From assembly GCA_965223415.1 (NCBI GenBank), contig OZ245002.1, forward strand, positions 2,688,001 to 2,752,000: a stretch of 64,000 bases of DNA, given 5' to 3'. The notes beneath the pieces were generated by a model that worked only from the letters and a program-made list of their open reading frames with translations, was not told the origin of the DNA and did not search any database. Origin of the DNA: Myxococcota bacterium. GTDB taxonomy: Bacteria; Myxococcota_A; UBA9160; UBA6930. Every line of letters begins with the position of its first letter. Within the stretch, counting starts at the first letter, position 1. This document shows, one piece after another, positions 18,448 to 28,530 of the stretch. The position numbers and the translations under genes are program-made.

Positions 18448-19599
18448 CGCGTGCCCTGCGGCGGTGGCGACGGCGTGGAGGGAGACGTCGAGGCGGACCG
18501 AGCTGCCTCGTTGCCGCGCGGCCAGAACGGCGACGGCGGCGTGCAGGCCGGCGACGGGGTCGGCGACGGCGTCGGCCACGAAGAGGGGCGCGCCGGCGAC
18601 GTGCCAGACGAGGCCAGCGGCGGCGGCGACGTCGTCGCCGAAGCCCACCCAGTGGCGCTGGGGCTCGCCGAGGCCGTAGGCGGTGAGGCTGAGCCACACA
18701 CGCCCCGGCCGGTGCCGGATCCAGGCGGCCGCGTCGATGCCGAGCTGCTCCAGGGCGCGGGGGCGGGAGGCTTCGATGACGACGTCGGCATCGGCCAGCA
18801 GGTCTTCGAGTGCGGCGCGGCCCTCGCGGGACGCGAAGTCGAGAGCGACGTACTGCTTGCCCGCGTTCATCCGCTCGAAGAACGCCGGCGGCCCGACCCG
18901 CGCACCGTCCGGCCGGGCCCGGGACTCGACCCTCACGACGGTGGCACCGCAGGCCCGAAGCAGCCGCCCGCACAGGGGACCGGCCCAGAGCGACGAGAGG
19001 TCCACGACCCGGGGCGCCCGAGAGGCCGGCGGACCCTCGGGCCCGCGGTCGTCGACCCGCCGCCAGGCCGGCGCCACCGCGGACCCCGGCCGCGTGGGCG
19101 CCACGGCCAGGCCGAGCAGACGCGCCCGATCGGCGGCTTCCCCCGCCGGCCAGCTCGCCAGGGCTCCTGCGACGACGCGCCACGGGTCCTCGCCCACGTC
19201 GACGCCGAGCCAGGCGGGCAGGGCGCGGAGGTCGTCCGGCCGGGGGAGGTTCACGGCGAGCCAGCCGTCCGACGCCTCGAGCAGGCGGCAGCTTCCCCCC
19301 GGTGAGATGCGCCCGCGGCGACGAAGCCCGGCGATGGCCGCGCGTTCTCCGAGCAGCCCCGCGCCGTCGATCCCGCGGAGGCCGGCGCCGGGTGCCAGCG
19401 CGCGCAGCACGTCGAAGGCGCCGTCCATGCAGCTCGGGAGCGGAACGTCGGGGAGGAGCGCCGGCCCGTCCGGCCAGCCGGTGAGCTCCTGCACACCCGA
19501 GCGCGCCCAGGCCGCCGCCGTGCTCGGCTCCGCCACGACCGGGGGCACCCCCGCCAGCTCGAGATCCGCCCACAGCCGCCGGGCCCAGGCCGCCCTCAC
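18436..19599 (-). CDS. CoA-transferase family III (CaiB/BaiF-like)
   Basis: VVDLSSLWAGPLC, VRVES, NAGK, ADVVIEASRP; GTG start overlaps upstream stop (GTGA). Confidence 0.8.
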   Translation of the reverse strand: MRAAWARRLWADLELAGVPPVVAEPSTAAAWARSGVQELTGWPDGPALLPDVPLPSCMDGAFDVLRALAPGAGLRGIDGAGLLGERAAIAGLRRRGRISPGGSCRLLEASDGWLAVNLPRPDDLRALPAWLGVDVGEDPWRVVAGALASWPAGEAADRARLLGLAVAPTRPGSAVAPAWRRVDDRGPEGPPASRAPRVVDLSSLWAGPLCGRLLRACGATVVRVESRARPDGARVGPPAFFERMNAGKQYVALDFASREGRAALEDLLADADVVIEASRPRALEQLGIDAAAWIRHRPGRVWLSLTAYGLGEPQRHWVGFGDDVAAAAGLVWHVAGAPLFVADAVADPVAGLHAAVAVLAARQRGSSVRLDVSLHAVATAAGHAGGS

Positions 19600-20600
19600 G
19601 CGCGGATCTCGTCCACGAGCCCCCAGCGCGAAGCCTCGGCGGCCGTCACGCGCTGGCCACACAGCGCCATCCACGCCGTCCGCTGCCGCCCGATCCGTCG
19701 CGGCAGGCTGACCGTGCCACCGGCGCCGGGGACGAGCCCCATCGCCAGCTCGGGCAGCAGGAAGAAGGCATCCTCCCGCGCGCTCACCCGGGCGCAGAAG
19801 GCGGGCAGCTCGGCGCCGGCCCCGACGCAGGCGCCGTGGACGAAGGCGTGCACCCGCCCGGCCACGGCGGCGAGCAGGCGACCCGGGTTGCGCGTCGCGC
19901 GGATGGCGTGGGCGGTGGCGGGATCGGGCAGCGTGCCGAACTCGTCCAGGTCGCCGCCGCTCGAGAAGGACGGGCCGGCGCCGCGCAGCTCCACCGCGCG
20001 CACGCTCGGATCCTGGTGCACCAGGGCCAGCCCTTCGCACAGGGCGTCGCGCATCGCTGCCGAGAAGGCGTTGCGCTTCTCCGGCCGGTTCAGCGTCAGC
20101 GTGAGCCGATGGCCCTCCCGCTCGGCGCGCACCGCGGGCTCGCGACTCTCCTCGCCGACCTTCGGCTCGCGGCCCGCGAGCCACGCCGTGAACTCCGGCC
20201 CGGATTGGAGCGTGGAGTAGACCCACGACTCCGCCATCAGCCCCTCGTGAACGCTCCGCCCCTCGGAGTGGCGGAGCAGCTGCACCAGCGCGAGAGCCGC
20301 GAGGGGGGTGCGCGTCGTGACCGCGCGCAGGCGCGCCAGGTCGGAAGCCTCCCGGACGGTCACGTCGGCGGCCGCGGCGAGGGGATGCAGGGGGAGCGCG
20401 ACCTCGTCGCCGACCCAAGCGACGGTGACGGCTGGGAGCTGCCCCAGCCGCTGCGCCGCCGCCGCGACCGCGAGGCCCGGCGTCTCCTCGCGCAGGTCGA
20501 CCGCCAGGAGCGCTTCGCCGGTGAGGACCGACCAGCGCTCGAAGGCGTCGGGATCGGCGAGCTGCTCGACGAGCTCGCGGGGGGTGACGGCGTCAGCCAT
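19596..20600 (-). CDS. Enoyl-CoA hydratase/isomerase family protein
   Basis: LNRPEKRNAF, FSSGGDL, GACVGAGAEL, LPELAMGLVPGAGGT. Confidence 0.88.
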   Translation of the reverse strand: MADAVTPRELVEQLADPDAFERWSVLTGEALLAVDLREETPGLAVAAAAQRLGQLPAVTVAWVGDEVALPLHPLAAAADVTVREASDLARLRAVTTRTPLAALALVQLLRHSEGRSVHEGLMAESWVYSTLQSGPEFTAWLAGREPKVGEESREPAVRAEREGHRLTLTLNRPEKRNAFSAAMRDALCEGLALVHQDPSVRAVELRGAGPSFSSGGDLDEFGTLPDPATAHAIRATRNPGRLLAAVAGRVHAFVHGACVGAGAELPAFCARVSAREDAFFLLPELAMGLVPGAGGTVSLPRRIGRQRTAWMALCGQRVTAAEASRWGLVDEIRA

Positions 20601-20621
20601 GGACGAATGGTATCGCTCCCT

Positions 20622-21458
20622 TCATCGGCCGCGGGCGACGGCGAAGGAGCCGAGCAGAACGAGCGACGCGCCGATCCACGTCCCCGGCCCGGGAAGCTCG
20701 CCGAACAGGGCAGCCCCCCAGCCGGCGGCGAACACCACCTGGAGGTAGGAGAGCGCCGTCGCGCGGCCGGCGGGCTCGTGGGTCATGCCCCGCGTGAGGG
20801 CCACCTGGCCGACCTGGGCCGCCGCACCCACCCCGAGCAGCCACAGCCAATCGGCGCCGATCGGGAGCACCGGGTCCGCCAGCACGAAGGGCAGGGTGGC
20901 GGGCACGGTGACCATCGGGAAGTAGAGCACGATCACCAGGGGATGCTCGCTGCCGGAGAGCCGGCGCACGACGACGTAGGCGCAGCCGCTGAAGAACGCG
21001 CCGGCGATCGCCACGCCGACGGCGAAGGGATCGAGAGCGAGCCCCGGCCCGGAGTAGCCGGTGACCAGGAGGACGCCGGCGAAGGAGATCGCCACGCCGA
21101 GGGCCAGGCCGCGCCCGATCGACTCGCCCAGCAGCCGCAAGGCGAGGAGCGCCGTGAAGAGCGGGTGCAGGTACTGGAGCACCGTCGCCTCGGCGAGGGG
21201 CAGGTGGCCGATCGCGTAGAAGACGCAGTGGAGTCCGGCGAAGCCGAGCAGACCGCGCAGAATCAGCAGGCCCCGGCTCCGGCCGAGCGGCGCCACTCCC
21301 GCCCAGCGCAGGCCTGCAGCGGAGAGGGCGATGGAGATCAGCGCGCGGGCCAGCACGATCTCGGCGGTAGGCAGGCGCACGCTCGCCTGCTTCACGCACA
21401 CCGCCATCGCGCTGAAGGCGAGCGCCGAGAGGATCATGTACCGCACGCCCGGGCGCAT
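20622..21458 (-). CDS. DMT/EamA family transporter
   Basis: About 10 TM; LPLAEATVLQYLHPLF and YLQVVFA motifs. Confidence 0.88.
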   Translation of the reverse strand: MRPGVRYMILSALAFSAMAVCVKQASVRLPTAEIVLARALISIALSAAGLRWAGVAPLGRSRGLLILRGLLGFAGLHCVFYAIGHLPLAEATVLQYLHPLFTALLALRLLGESIGRGLALGVAISFAGVLLVTGYSGPGLALDPFAVGVAIAGAFFSGCAYVVVRRLSGSEHPLVIVLYFPMVTVPATLPFVLADPVLPIGADWLWLLGVGAAAQVGQVALTRGMTHEPAGRATALSYLQVVFAAGWGAALFGELPGPGTWIGASLVLLGSFAVARGR

Positions 21459-21503
21459 CTCGTGGCGGCCTAGAGTAACGTGACCCGCGGAGGAGGACCG
21501 GCC

Positions 21504-22340
21504 ATGGCCTACGACTACGAACGGCTGCACGTGAAGCTGGAAGACGGCGTCGCCTGGGCCACGATCGACAACCCGCCGATCAACGTGATGACCCTCCCGC
21601 TCTTCGGCGACCTGGCGCGCTTCGCCGGCGAGGCGGCGGCCGACGACACGGTTCGCGCCGTGGTGCTTCGCAGCGACGAGCCCGACTTCTTCATCGCCCA
21701 CTTCGACGTGGAGGCGATCCTGCAGTTCCCGATCGACGCCCCCGCCGAGCGCGTCGGCAAGGTGGAGGAGAATCCCTTCCACGCGATGTGCGAGACCTTC
21801 CGCACGATGCCGAAGGCCACCATCGCCGAGATCGGCGGACGGGTCGGCGGCGGCGGCAGCGAGCTGGCCTCTTCCTGCGACATGCGCTTCGGCGCGCTCG
21901 GGCGGACGGTGATCAACCAGCCCGAGGTGGCGCTGGGCATCCTGCCCGGCGGCTCCGGCACCCAGCGGCTTCCGCGGCTGCTCGGGCGCGGCCGCGCCCT
22001 CGAGGTGATCCTCGGCTGCGACGACCTGGATGCGGAGACCGCGGAGCGCTGGGGATACCTGAACCGGGCGCTGCCTCCGGAGGAGCTGCGGCCCTTCGTC
22101 GACCGGCTCGCCCGGCGCATCGCGAGCTTCCCGGCGGAGGCGATCGCGGCGGCGAAGCGGTCCATCGTGCAGGCCGACGTCGGCCTCGGGGCCGGGCTGA
22201 TCGAGGAGGGCTTCCTCTTCCAGGGGCTGCTTCGCTCCGAGCCGGCCCCGCGGCTCATGCAGCGCTTCATGGAGCGCGGCGGCCAGACCCGCGAGGGCGA
22301 GCTGCGCCTCGGGGCCCTGTGCACCGAAGTCGCCGACTAG
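21504..22340 (+). CDS. Enoyl-CoA hydratase/isomerase family protein
   Basis: GGAGG RBS; DNPPINV, FFIAHFD, GGGSEL, QPEVALGILPGGSGTQRL. Confidence 0.9.
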   Translation: MAYDYERLHVKLEDGVAWATIDNPPINVMTLPLFGDLARFAGEAAADDTVRAVVLRSDEPDFFIAHFDVEAILQFPIDAPAERVGKVEENPFHAMCETFRTMPKATIAEIGGRVGGGGSELASSCDMRFGALGRTVINQPEVALGILPGGSGTQRLPRLLGRGRALEVILGCDDLDAETAERWGYLNRALPPEELRPFVDRLARRIASFPAEAIAAAKRSIVQADVGLGAGLIEEGFLFQGLLRSEPAPRLMQRFMERGGQTREGELRLGALCTEVAD

Positions 22341-22378
22341 CATCGAACGGACACGCGCAACCATCGAGAGGAGGATTC

Positions 22379-23155
22379 GTGGGACGCCTCGACGGCAAGA
22401 CGGCACTGATCACCGGCGCGGCCTCGGGCATCGGCGCCGCCTGCGCCCTGCGCTTCGCCGAAGAAGGGGCGAGCGTCGCCGGGCTCGATCTCCAGGAGCC
22501 CGTGGACGCGGCGTCCTGGGCCGCGGTGGAGAAACGCGCGCCGGAGGCGCTATTCCGCAGCGGCCTCGACGTGCGCGACGAGGCCAGCGTTCGGGAGGCG
22601 GTGGAGGCGGTGCGCGAGCGTCTGGGCCGCGTCGACGTCCTCGTCAACGCCGCCGGCGTAGGGGGCTTCTCCCAGGCGCACCTCTGCGACGAGGCGGAGT
22701 GGGACCAGACCGTCGACATCAACCTCAAGGGCTCGTGGCTGGTGAGCAAGCACGTGCTCCCGGCGATGATCGAGCAGCAGGCCGGCAGCATCGTGCACCT
22801 GGCCAGCGTCGAGGGCATCGAGGGGATGGGCGGCTCGCTGGCCTACAACGCCTCGAAGGGCGGTGTGGTGCTGATGACGAAGAACATGGCAATCGACTAC
22901 GCGAAGCTGGGCATTCGCGTGAACTGCCTGTGCCCGGGGTTGATCGACACGCCGCTCACCGCGCTGCTCAAGGATCCGGAGCTCGAGGCGGTGCGGGAGC
23001 GCATGCTGAGCTGGCACGCGATGGGTCGCGCCGGAGCGCCCGAGGAGGTCGCAGCCTGTGCGCTCTTCCTCGCTTCCGACGACGCCTCCTTCGTGACGGG
23101 CCACTCCCTGGTGGTCGACGGCGGCTGGACGGCGGGCCGGAGCAGCACGGGCTGA
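22379..23155 (+). CDS. Short-chain dehydrogenase/reductase
   Basis: ITGAASGIG, NAAG, YNASK, VDGG. Confidence 0.92.
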   Translation: MGRLDGKTALITGAASGIGAACALRFAEEGASVAGLDLQEPVDAASWAAVEKRAPEALFRSGLDVRDEASVREAVEAVRERLGRVDVLVNAAGVGGFSQAHLCDEAEWDQTVDINLKGSWLVSKHVLPAMIEQQAGSIVHLASVEGIEGMGGSLAYNASKGGVVLMTKNMAIDYAKLGIRVNCLCPGLIDTPLTALLKDPELEAVRERMLSWHAMGRAGAPEEVAACALFLASDDASFVTGHSLVVDGGWTAGRSSTG

Positions 23156-23985
23156 AGGGGCTTCGCGCCGTTTTCGTCGCGCTCGCCCTGGGCGTCGTGG
23201 CCTGTGCGGGCACGGGGCCGGAGGGTGGTGCGACACCCGAGACGTCGCCCGCGGCGCCGAAGCCGGACCTGTTTCCCGAGCTCAGCGCCGACCTCGAGCG
23301 GCAGATGGCGGAGCGGCGGCGCGCGGCCCTGGCCCGCGGCGCGGAGCAGAAGGCCCGGGAGATCGATCCCTTCGCCGGGCAATCCGTGCAGAGCCGCCTC
23401 GAGGAGCTCGGCATCCCGACGGTCGGCGGCTGCGCGACGGAAGCCGGGACGCTTCGGCGCACCACCGCCCTGCGCAGCCATCGCCGCCTCGAGAGCCGGG
23501 ACTTCCGGATGGTCGACCCCGGCGAGCCGCTCGCCCGACGGGCGGTCCAGCCGGCGGTGTTCGTGAGCTGCACGCTCGAGCTGCTGGACGAGAACGCGCC
23601 GGGCGGCGGATTCGAGGTGCACGTGCGCAGCGCGCGCTTCGCCGCGTTCTTCGACGCGCCCCAGTCCTGGCTGCACCCGGAGTGGCGGGCCAACGCAACC
23701 GTGCTCGAGCACGCCCAGGCCCACTTCGACCTGGCCCATCTCCTGGCCCGCGAGGCCGACCGGACGCGTCACGGCTGGCGCCTCGTCGGCCGCGGCGAGA
23801 CTCCGGCCGCCGCGCGAGAGGATTTCGCCCTGCGCTGGTCCCACCTGCTCGGTCGCCTCCAGACCGAGCTGCGCCAGCTCGAATCCCAGCTCGATCGCGA
23901 GACCGCCCACGGCCAGGACCGGATCGCCCAGGCCCAGTGGACCCGCCGCATCACCGCCGGCCTCCCCGCCCTCCGCGCCCCCTGA
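23152..23985 (+). CDS. Putative lipoprotein, DUF922-like C-terminal domain (start uncertain)
   Basis: Lipobox-like GVVAC; SW...VLEHAQAHFDL resembles the DUF922 HEQxHFD motif. Confidence 0.5.
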   Translation: MKGLRAVFVALALGVVACAGTGPEGGATPETSPAAPKPDLFPELSADLERQMAERRRAALARGAEQKAREIDPFAGQSVQSRLEELGIPTVGGCATEAGTLRRTTALRSHRRLESRDFRMVDPGEPLARRAVQPAVFVSCTLELLDENAPGGGFEVHVRSARFAAFFDAPQSWLHPEWRANATVLEHAQAHFDLAHLLAREADRTRHGWRLVGRGETPAAAREDFALRWSHLLGRLQTELRQLESQLDRETAHGQDRIAQAQWTRRITAGLPALRAP

Positions 23986-24058
23986 ACGCAAGAGTGGGGA
24001 CGTTCCTTGCATCTTGCGCAATTGCGCAAGATGCAAGGAACGTCCCCACTCTTGCGTT
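23985..24058. repeat. REP-like palindrome, family A (perfect, 74 bp)
   Basis: AACGCAAGAGTGGGGACGTTCCTTGCATCTTGCGCAA plus exact reverse complement, no loop, filling the gap between two convergent stop codons. Confidence 0.95.
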
Positions 24059-25556
24059 ATTCGGCGAGGGCGTCCTTGACCTTGCGGCGGAGGAGCTTGC
24101 CGGTCTCGTTGTAGGGAAGCTCCTCCCAGAACTCGACCTTCTGGGGGACGCGGGAGGAGCGAAGGTGCTGCTTGACCCAGTCCTGGAGGCTCTCGACGCT
24201 GACCTCGGAGCCGGGCTTGGGGACGATGGCGACACCGACGGCTTCGCCCCACTGCTCGTCGGGGACGGGGACGACGGCGCAGTCCGATACGGCCTCGTGC
24301 TCGTGGAGGACGTCCTCGATCTCGCCGGGGGAGAGGTTCTCGCCGCCGCGGACGATCACGTCGTCGATGCGACCCTCGATGAAGAGGTAGCCCTCCTCGT
24401 CGAGGTATCCCCCGTCATTGGTCGGGAACCATCCGCCCTCGATCAGCAGGCTGCCGCGGCCGACGTACTCGCCGGAGACCTGCTCGCCGCGGACGTGGAT
24501 CTCTCCGCGATCTCCGGGGGCGACGGCCTGGCCGGTCTCGTCGCGGATCTCGACCTCGACGCCCGGGAGCGGGCGGCCCGCCGAGCCGAGCCGGCGGCGC
24601 GCGGACGGGGCATCGCTGGCGAAGGCCTCGCGGTGATCCTGGGGACCCAGCACGGCGATGGTCGAGCTCGTCTCGGTGAGGCCGTAGGCGTTGGTGAAAT
24701 CGGCCTCCGGGAAGTGGCGCATGGCGCGATCGATCACCGGAAGCGGCATCTTGCCGCCGCCGTAGGCGAGGGCGCGCAGGGAGGACGGCGCGGCGCCGGC
24801 GCCGGCCTCGATCTCCTCGACGATGCGGGCGAGCATCGTCGGGACCACGAAGGCGTTGGTGATCGCCTCCTTCTCGGCCAGACGCAGCCAGGTGCCCGCG
24901 TCGAAGTTCGGCAGCTGCACCTGGCGCCGGCCGGAATAGATGCCGCTCATCAGGGCGGCCATGCCGGCCACGTGGTAGGGCGGCACGCTCACCAGCGCGG
25001 CGTCGCTCTCGTCCGCCGCCATGAACTCCACCGAGCCCAGGATGTAGGAGACCATGTGCTTGTGGCGAAGCACCGCGGCCTTGGGCACGCCGGTGGTGCC
25101 GCTCGTGAAGAGGAGGATCGCGATCTCCTCGGGGTCCATGCCCCAATCCGCATCCGGCGCCTCGGCGCCTCCGCGCGCGATGTCGAGGAGCGCGTTCCGG
25201 GGCATCACCGTGAGGCCTTCGCGGCCGGAGAGCTGGGCGGCGCGCTCGTCGTCGGTCACGAGCAGCGCGGGTGTGATGCGCTCGATCAGTGCGTCGAGCT
25301 CGTCGCCGGTCAGCCGGTAGTTGAGCGGCACGAAGGGGAGGCCCGCCCAGCCGGAGCCGAAGAGGGTGAGCGGCACCGCCGGGCTCGACACGTCGAGGAT
25401 CGCCGCGTTCTCGACGCCGGCACCCCGCAGGTGCGCGGCGACCCGTCCCGCGCCGGCGAACAGGCTCTCCATCGTCCAGCGGTCGTCCTCGCACTGGACG
25501 GCGACCCGATCGCCCATCGCCTGGGCGGCCATCTCGAGCAGCATCATCGTGTTCAT
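24057..25556 (-). CDS. Acyl-CoA synthetase (AMP-binding)
   Basis: FTSGTTGVPK, YGLTET, TNDGG, GRIDDVIVRGGEN, TGKL. Confidence 0.93.
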   Translation of the reverse strand: MNTMMLLEMAAQAMGDRVAVQCEDDRWTMESLFAGAGRVAAHLRGAGVENAAILDVSSPAVPLTLFGSGWAGLPFVPLNYRLTGDELDALIERITPALLVTDDERAAQLSGREGLTVMPRNALLDIARGGAEAPDADWGMDPEEIAILLFTSGTTGVPKAAVLRHKHMVSYILGSVEFMAADESDAALVSVPPYHVAGMAALMSGIYSGRRQVQLPNFDAGTWLRLAEKEAITNAFVVPTMLARIVEEIEAGAGAAPSSLRALAYGGGKMPLPVIDRAMRHFPEADFTNAYGLTETSSTIAVLGPQDHREAFASDAPSARRRLGSAGRPLPGVEVEIRDETGQAVAPGDRGEIHVRGEQVSGEYVGRGSLLIEGGWFPTNDGGYLDEEGYLFIEGRIDDVIVRGGENLSPGEIEDVLHEHEAVSDCAVVPVPDEQWGEAVGVAIVPKPGSEVSVESLQDWVKQHLRSSRVPQKVEFWEELPYNETGKLLRRKVKDALAE

Positions 25557-25608
25557 GCGCGCACCCGCCTCGACAACGCAACAAACGGAACCGGCCCCTT
25601 ACGCAACA

Positions 25609-25917
25609 TCAGTCGGAGCTCGGGAGGGCTTTGGCTTCCTTGAGGACGAGGGCGGTGCCGGCGACGGCCAGGCTGCCTTCGCCGGGTTTGGTGCAGAGGA
25701 GCTCGAGGTCGCCGGCCTCGTTGACGTAGCGCTTGCCGATCTGGGTGCCGTTCTTGTGGTCCGGGGCGATGTCGCCGCCCGAGCCGTCGCCGGCCACGTC
25801 GACCATGGGCGCGCCGCCACAGGTGAGGTCCGTGTCGCCGTCGGGGGCGGCGATCACCATCACCTGGGTGTCGCAAACGGCGCTCTTGAGTCGGGTTCCG
25901 GCCTTGAGTGCAGCCAT
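25609..25917 (-). CDS. Small hypothetical protein (102 aa, Cys-containing)
   Basis: GAGGAG RBS; co-oriented within operon; SAVCDTQVMV, LTCGGAPM, ELLCTKPG. Confidence 0.75.
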   Translation of the reverse strand: MAALKAGTRLKSAVCDTQVMVIAAPDGDTDLTCGGAPMVDVAGDGSGGDIAPDHKNGTQIGKRYVNEAGDLELLCTKPGEGSLAVAGTALVLKEAKALPSSD

Positions 25918-25930
25918 GGGTGTCTCCTCT

Positions 25931-26710
25931 TCATCCGTCGCGCGGCCAATCCGGCTCGCGCTTCTCCAGGAAGGCCTTCATGCCCTCGACCATCTCCGGC
26001 GAGAGGATCGAGCGCTTGAACATGCCCTGATCCGGCGTGGGCAGGCGCCGGTTGATGTCTTCCTTGATCATCGCCCGCGCCTGGGGGCCCATCCTCCGGA
26101 TCTGGGCGAGGGTGGATTCTACCTGCTCTTCGAACTCCGTGTGGGGCACCACCTTGCCCACGAGGCCCAGGGCCAGGGCCCGCTCCGCGTCGATCACCTC
26201 GGCCGTGAAGAGCAGGTACTTGGCGGGCCCCAGGCCGACGTGCTCGGCCAGCCGGGCCGAGATCCAGGGGTCCGCGGCGCCCCGCAGCAGCTCCGGCACC
26301 CGGAAGCGCGCCCGGTCCGAGGCGATCGCGAGATCTCCGTAGAGGACCAGGTCGACCCCGCCCGCGTAGCAGAGGCCGTTCACGGCACAGAGGATGGTCT
26401 TGCGGCAGCGCTCCATGTGCCGGAAGGGGTGGTGGTCGGTCGGGTCGAGCTCCTGGGCCAGGCCCTCCGGATCCTCGGCCTCGCCGCTCATGTCGCCGCC
26501 CACCGCGAAGACGTCGTCGCTGCCGGTGATGAGGACCGCGTCCAGCTCGGCGTCCGCGTCCGCCAGCACGCAGGCGCGCTTTACGCCGCGGTACATGTCC
26601 TGGGTCATGGCGTTGCGCTTCTCGGGGCGGACGATGCGCACGCGCATCACGCGCCCCCGGACCTCTGCCTCCAGGTAGCGGCTGCCGAGTTCGACGGGGA
26701 CAGCGCCCAT
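25931..26710 (-). CDS. Enoyl-CoA hydratase/isomerase family protein
   Basis: RPEKRNAMT, FAVGGDM, NGLCYAGG, RVPELLRG. Confidence 0.88.
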   Translation of the reverse strand: MGAVPVELGSRYLEAEVRGRVMRVRIVRPEKRNAMTQDMYRGVKRACVLADADAELDAVLITGSDDVFAVGGDMSGEAEDPEGLAQELDPTDHHPFRHMERCRKTILCAVNGLCYAGGVDLVLYGDLAIASDRARFRVPELLRGAADPWISARLAEHVGLGPAKYLLFTAEVIDAERALALGLVGKVVPHTEFEEQVESTLAQIRRMGPQARAMIKEDINRRLPTPDQGMFKRSILSPEMVEGMKAFLEKREPDWPRDG

Positions 26711-26711
26711 G

Positions 26712-27878
26712 CTAGGCGATGCCGTAGAGCGCAGCGGCGCTGTCGTGGAGGACCTTCCGCACCACCTCGTCGGAGATCCCCGCCAGGGCCTTCTCCGCAT
26801 AGTCCTTGGGGTGGGCGCCGGCACTCGCCGGCCCGGGCGCTTGGCAGGTCGGATGGGGGAAGTCCGTCTCGTAGAGGACGTTGTCCGGGAACATCTCGAG
26901 GGCCGTCGCGATGCCCTTCTCCTCGAACCAGAAGGAAGCGTAGATCTGACGCCGGAAGTACTCACTCGGCAGCAGGTCGTACTCCGGGTGCTCGGTCGTG
27001 ACTCCGTTGTTCTGCCACTGCCAGTCGAGGGCCTCGATGATGAACGGAATCCAAGAGACCCCGCTCTCCACCGAGACCATCTTGAGCTCCGGGTAGCGGT
27101 GGGGGATGCCGCCCATGATGATGTCGGTGACGCACTTGGCGTTGTCGAGGAAAGCCGTCGCGGAGACGCGGGCGAAGTTCGCGCGCTGGCCGATGTCCGC
27201 CGGGTCGGCCATCTGGGCGGCGAGGTCGCCGCCGCCGACGTGGAAGCTGATCGGCAGCCCCGCCTCCTGGGCGGCGGCCCAGATCGGGTCCCAGTGCTTG
27301 TCTCGCAGCAGGGGCTGGCCGTGCTCCTGGGGCTGGTTGCAGAAGAGCACGGTCTTGAAGCCGTTCTCGGCGCTGCGCTGGATCTCGGCAATCGACGCAG
27401 GAACGTCCCAGAACGGAAGCGCGGCGACCCCGACGAGGCGTTTCGGGTCGGCGCTCGTCCACTCGAGCAGGAAGTCGTTGTAGGCCCGAACGCACTCGAT
27501 CATCAGCTCGGGCTCGCCGAGCTTCAGGAAGCCGCCCATCCCGAATCCGCCGACGTTCGGATAGATGATCTGGGTGTGGATCTTCTCCTCGTCCATGAAG
27601 GCGAGGCGCGCCTTCGCGTCGAACATCTCGGGCGGAATCGCCTCGTAGTTCGGCCGGAAGTTCGGGTAGTAGTCGTCGTGGCCCGCGGCGGAGTAGGCGC
27701 CGGGCATGCCCACCGGCTGGTCGCCGATGAACCAGAGGTCCATCTCGTCGCTGCGGCGGATGTGCGGGACCTTGTCGCCCCACCTGCTCGCCACCCGCGA
27801 GGTCCACACGTCCGCCGGCTCGGTGATGTGGGTATCGATGTCGATGACCGGGACGCGGTCGAAGAGCGGGGTCGTCAC
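26712..27878 (-). CDS. Amidohydrolase-2 family protein
   Basis: IDIDTHITEP, RAYNDF, FHVGG, VESG, YETDFPHP. Confidence 0.9.
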   Translation of the reverse strand: MTTPLFDRVPVIDIDTHITEPADVWTSRVASRWGDKVPHIRRSDEMDLWFIGDQPVGMPGAYSAAGHDDYYPNFRPNYEAIPPEMFDAKARLAFMDEEKIHTQIIYPNVGGFGMGGFLKLGEPELMIECVRAYNDFLLEWTSADPKRLVGVAALPFWDVPASIAEIQRSAENGFKTVLFCNQPQEHGQPLLRDKHWDPIWAAAQEAGLPISFHVGGGDLAAQMADPADIGQRANFARVSATAFLDNAKCVTDIIMGGIPHRYPELKMVSVESGVSWIPFIIEALDWQWQNNGVTTEHPEYDLLPSEYFRRQIYASFWFEEKGIATALEMFPDNVLYETDFPHPTCQAPGPASAGAHPKDYAEKALAGISDEVVRKVLHDSAAALYGIA

Positions 27879-28462
27879 GAGGGGTCCTCCCGAAGGCCGG
27901 CGAGCATGAGCCCGATGCCGGCTTCGATCTGGCGCGTGGCCGGTGTGGCCAGGCGCTCGGTGAAGAGCTGCTGGGTGAGGCCGATCTGCAGGCCGCGGAG
28001 CGCGGCAGCCGTAGCGGGCACGTCCAGGTCGGCGCGGAAGACGCCGTCCTTCTGGCCGCGCTCGAGGAGCACGCCCAGCCGTCCGAGCCACTCCTCGCGC
28101 AGACGCTCCCGGAACGCGGCGGAGGAAGCCTCGCCGGAGCCGTCGCTGGCGAAGATCGCGCGGGCGACCGCGTGGCGCGGCGAGTCCTGCAGGCTGAAGC
28201 GCAGCCACGCGGCGAGGGCCTCGTCCGGGCCCTCCGCCTCGGCCACCACCTGCTCGGCGGCGGCGAGCCACTCCTCGAGCACCCTCTCCTGCACCCGGGC
28301 GAGGAGCTTGGTCTTGCCGCCGAAATAGGAATGGACGAGAGCGCGGGAGACCCCGGCCGCCGCCGCCACGTCCTCCATCCGCGTCCGAGCCACGCCGTAC
28401 TGGGCGAAGCAGGCGGCGGCCTCCTCGAGGATGCGCTGGTGGGTCTCGCTCACGCGCGTCAT
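27875..28462 (-). CDS. TetR/AcrR family transcriptional regulator
   Basis: RILEEAAACFAQYGVARTRMEDVAAAAGVSRALVHSYF HTH. Confidence 0.9.
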   Translation of the reverse strand: MTRVSETHQRILEEAAACFAQYGVARTRMEDVAAAAGVSRALVHSYFGGKTKLLARVQERVLEEWLAAAEQVVAEAEGPDEALAAWLRFSLQDSPRHAVARAIFASDGSGEASSAAFRERLREEWLGRLGVLLERGQKDGVFRADLDVPATAAALRGLQIGLTQQLFTERLATPATRQIEAGIGLMLAGLREDPS

Positions 28463-28483
28463 TCTGGACGGAAACGTCAAGAA
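28462..28483. promoter_or_regulatory. Candidate TetR operator
   Basis: TTCTGGACG-GAAA-CGTCAAGAA inverted repeat (1 mismatch) abutting the TetR start; extra AACGTCAAG half-site follows. Confidence 0.55.
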
Positions 28484-28530
28484 CGTCAAGCCGCATGGGC
28501 TAGGCTCGGAGGCCTTTGGGAGGGGCTGCC

